The position numbers and the translations under genes are program-made. Source: Macrostomum lignano (lineage: Eukaryota). Taken from it: 64,000 bases of DNA. The stretch covers positions 124,001-188,000 of the forward strand of contig NIVC01001346.1 in NCBI GenBank assembly GCA_002269645.1, in the 5' to 3' direction. Shown in pieces: positions 61,001-64,000 of the stretch. Each line of letters opens with the position of its first letter. Within the stretch, counting starts at the first letter, position 1. The notes below the pieces were generated by a model. It worked only from the letters and a program-made list of their open reading frames with translations, was not told where the DNA came from and made no database searches.

Positions 61001-64000
61001 TGTCAGACAGATTTCTAATTGCATCTAGAGGGCATTGGCAGTAGGAGTTGTCTCAGTCAAGTGACTCAGTCAGAGAAATGGAAGGGTCCGAAAATAATTC
61101 AGCTATACACTTTCCTCACTCTGCATTGAGCAAGTGTGGCCTTTAATCAATAATTGCGGCGAGAATGGACGAGACCTTGAGAAAAGGGTTATTTGAATTG
61201 CTGTCCTGTTCATAGTTCGGGCTCGATCAAATCTGCATCTGTCGGCGCATGTCTCTACTACGAATTTTTTCATTTTTTTCTTTTTTGCCTCGATTTTTCG
61301 TCCGTCAGGCGACGCGGCAGAATTAATAAACATTTTCTACCAGGGATGAAGCCAACATAATGATTGGGACTGTGTTCGAGCTATTGCTGCGTATAAGCCG
61401 CGGCATACGAGAAGCCAAGACAGATTGCCCTCAGTTGCCTTAGGGGCCGGCTTTGCCAGCTTCTTGCGGCGTTTTGTACTTGGGCGGGCAGTCCGAAATG
61501 TTGCCAGTCGATGACAGACTGGTGCGACTTCTGCTACTACTGACTGTTCTTGCAGGCAGGCCAATGCAATCTAGTGACCTCGGGGCTCCTTCCTATAGCC
61601 CGCCCATTGATTTCGATCGCGAAAAATCTCGCCCCAAATTGCATCCTCGGCAAAACTGCTTGGAAAGAAAACTGTTCGAACATTCGATTGCCAACCAAAA
61701 TGGGCAGGCTCGATGGAATGAGGAATAATAAAGAAAAATCAACAACTAACGAGTATTCAATGAACAGCGACAGGCAAAAGTGCAAGGAGGACTTTGTGAA
61801 ATTTCCCTACGGAAATAAGTAGCGGATAAATTCCGGCATCGGCATCCCACTATATTTTTTGCTTAAAAAGTAAAAAATTCGACTACCCTAAATAGCCGTA
61901 AGGCGAACCAAGAAATTGCAGTATTTGAATTTTTCAATGAAGCACTGGGGCTTTGAGATTGTCAAAAAATATTGAGTCTATCCGCCCTCCAGGAAGCCCA
62001 GCTTTGTATTGGGAAAAATTGATTTTTTTATCTTGTACGAGTACGCTGAGTACTGTTCGATTTTTGCCTCGAATCAGGCGATAATTATGTATTAAAACCC
62101 TCGTAGATTTTTGAGCGGCATGAGTTGGAGACGCGAAGTGTACAAGTATTAAACTTTGCCTTCTCTGTTCTGTCTTGGTCCCGGTACTCTGAGCTGTCTG
62201 CACTCTCTAATGCAGATCGACAAGGCGACAGAAATACTATAGAATAATATGCTTAGAGATTATGGCAGGAATGCAACTGCAAAATAAGCCTGTCATATCC
62301 AATCCATTTCCTCTGCCTCAGCGTTGCTCTAAGTTGTTCAGCATTCACTTGCTTCTCTGCCAAGGGACGGATGCATTATTTACGAATCGAGCAGCTCTCG
62401 CCTTCTTCCTTACCACTATCGGTCCACTTGGTATCCCTCGCTCCTTGCCTAATGCAGTTGATAGCTTCAGCCAGCAGCTTAACCTAATTGCACTGGAAAC
62501 GAGCACCATCTCCCAGTTTGAATGAACTCGGCCCGCCCTCTCTTTGGCTGGAGCCGCTGCTCTTGAAGTATTATAGAATAATTTTCAAAACTTCTCTCCT
62601 TCCTAGCTCATCCTTCATCTCCTTACAAGAATGGTTCGATCTATCCAGTTTATTGGTACTTTTGTGCGTTCGCACTGCCCATTAGAAGTATCTGTCTGCA
62701 TCGCAGAGGGTACGCATCATTGCACCGTTTTCAGTGTATATTGCTGAGTAAACCTCTTGTTCCGTCCACTCTATGCTAGACTAGTAAGCCATATGCTGTT
62801 GCAGCATGCTTTGTTTATTAGAACTTCGTGCTGTTCCAACTTTTCGTAGTAGATCTGGATGAATTCTGACCAAATTTATGACGGATGGTCTTGATTTTTT
62901 ATTTCATAGTGTTGTACCATTAAGTAATGGAAGTTTTTTGGGTACGTATACTTAGCCACAATAATAGCATATATTAGTTTTTTTATTCAGCTGTAATTTT
63001 AAAAAATTCTAACAGCCACTCGGTAGGATCGCTGGGGGAACTGTTTATGCAATAGATTGACGTCCACTTATAGCACACTTTAATTTTTATTGACTTTGCT
63101 AAGTAGGGCTAAGGGAATGATTTTATGTGCAAAATATTTCTTCCGATCCGAGTTCAAGGACTTCTTGAAGTATAACCCGAGTTGATTTACCACTTTTATA
63201 ACGCTGGACAGTGACTTTTCGAAGTCCAAAATGTTTTTAAATGTTTGTACGCTTTGTCCAGTTTTTAGTTAATCTTAGACTTTAATACACTTTGAGATAA
63301 AACTTTAAAATGAAACGTTTTTAGATGGTTGCTGCAGTCGTAAGCTTTTGCCGATGATGCCAATCGTTATTTTAAAGGTGTCTTGTGAATTTGCACAAAG
63401 TGCATAGTGTACTTTTGCAACTTTACAAGTTTTTTAATCAATCATGAATTTTATTTCTGTATAATAGAGAAAGTTCAACATAAATAATTTCTAATACCAA
63501 TACTAATAAGACAACTTTATTTATTCCTATTAAACTTTAGGGAGAAGAAATGGGTGCACATCAAGGACACAAGTTTAACCGTGTACAAATGGATTCCATG
63601 TAAGTGAGATACGCAAGCAATGTTTATTACAGTAACATTCACTATAGTCGATTATTTAAATGATTCGATTTTCAAGGTCACCTGAATTTTCAAATCTGCA
63701 CCCGCCGATCACCCCGAGGTGACACTAACAGTACATAGCAATCTTCTCTTATCCCCGAACTTCCAGCCGCCGAACAGAATTTCACCCGGCACAAGCCCAA
63801 GCCCTACCAGGTGTCCGACAAGGCCCGCTTTGCCCTGTCCGGCCCCGAGGCTGCCTCCTCGGCCACGCCGGACGAGGCGGCGGCCGCCGCCGCCGTAGCT
63901 GCAGCAGCAGCGGACGCAGACGCCGCCGCGGCCGCTGTCGCCGTTGACAGCGCGGCAGCCGTGGACACTAGCAGCATCATTGCTCCGATGTCGTCCGCTT
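52059..64000 (+). CDS. BCL7: BCL7 family SWI/SNF (BAF) subunit; 3' end beyond the window
   Basis: Exon 1 52059-52150 MFSRGLRSETRSKAKEDLKKIVSTIEHVRK(TG|GTAAGT). Exon 2 63541-63599 (TAG|G)EKKWVHIKDTSLTVYKWIP(T|GTAAGT). Exon 3 from 63767 (CAG|CC)SAEQNFTRHKPKPY... Ala-rich, open to 64000. Matches the BCL7 N-terminal signature RAETRSRAKDDIK...VRKWEKKWV...DTSLRIYKWVP; phases are consistent. Confidence 0.9.
52444..53380. mobile_element. Putative non-autonomous DNA element with imperfect 16-bp TIRs and subterminal motif arrays
   Basis: CCATAGTCCAGATGGT (52444-59) vs the reverse complement of 53365-80, CCATAGTCTGGATGGT (14/16). Clustered TTTCGGT[G/A] motifs on the left and GGCGTACCAC motifs in the centre and right; CATGTAGTTT occurs just outside both ends. 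Confidence 0.4.
53690..54070. repeat. Degenerate ~30-bp minisatellite (AGTAAGCCTTGACATCTCAGCAATTCCCC), reverse complement of the 39822-40692 family
   Basis: Unit alignment by eye. Confidence 0.85.
55307..55838 (-). mobile_element. 5'-truncated mariner (DD34D) transposase pseudogene with its 3' TIR
   Basis: Minus strand: KVLATVFWDAEGVVMVDFLE...LL*KLC...LFHHDNA...HPPYSPDLAPSDFFLFPKLK...CLTLEGDYVEK*, with one in-frame TGA. TA|CGAGGGTCAGTCAAAAAG TIR at 55305-55324; no 5' TIR found. Confidence 0.92.
57746..58648 (-). CDS. MS4A/CD20-like four-TM protein with a polyQ C-terminal tail, 300 aa, intronless, nested antisense in BCL7 intron 1
   Basis: Single ORF with four hydrophobic segments, the MS4A-like GIWTG motif in TM2, a Cys cluster after TM4 (CFAYKDCLCCH) and a Gln/His/Pro-rich tail. 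Confidence 0.75.
   Translation of the reverse strand: MTKERKLCNGDAPQEKSVYDQQRIARPAIYMYCGRASFGIGVLCMLAEVSVFIIKRGLTSMGIGIWTGAPFVLLGAVTMAVPKTRTVCSINTCLVFCVASLAIAFIGVLLCIAHILELSLILQQQYTPSPNFELHCRGCGHYIVIKETGQIGLLLLQSLVSAILLCFAYKDCLCCHPTETHLVTASTPVHAGVSLVTENQNAACPSPTCSVRQIRAYQQQLQQHQQYSPHQPQMRQQQQLHHPHQQLQQLHLVQQQQPQQYGYGNHSNIATDSAQSPMPCSSSAPTIHKNYATTHMYFEL

Noticed and set aside
59850-62700. Short ORFs with faint echoes of transposon proteins (LSHRNFAVELL; LRQRKWIGY)
   Set aside because: Motifs too short and interrupted by stops to assign; possibly decayed elements in the BCL7 intron. A tblastx search against Repbase/Dfam would be needed.

Overview
Eukaryotic (metazoan) genomic DNA. It has GC-rich exons, short (about 70-110 bp) or minisatellite-inflated GT-AG introns, and AT-rich intergenic DNA. 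This style resembles a flatworm such as Macrostomum, which is inference only. Seven protein-coding genes were assembled by hand with phase-consistent splice sites: coronin (-, 5 exons), CDC50/TMEM30 (+, 2-3 exons), a glutaredoxin-DEP-DUF547 protein (+, 2 exons), a tandem cyclic-nucleotide-binding-domain protein (-, 14 exons), an ELOVL1/7-type elongase (-, 2 coding exons), BCL7 (+, runs off the window) and an intronless MS4A/CD20-like gene nested antisense in the 11.4-kb first coding intron of BCL7. About 20 distinct tandem arrays occupy much of the rest. Mobile DNA includes two mariner remnants, a tRNA-derived SINE, a TTAA-flanked foldback element that splits a satellite, and Penelope-like remnants. 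The most striking structure is a perfect 758-bp intronic palindrome (36288-37045) with a Penelope-type minimal hammerhead ribozyme in each arm. It is bracketed together with a mariner MITE by a 13-bp direct repeat, and a related third hammerhead follows a Penelope endonuclease remnant at 41022-41075. No tools were used: all homology calls come from recognised motifs and need database confirmation.
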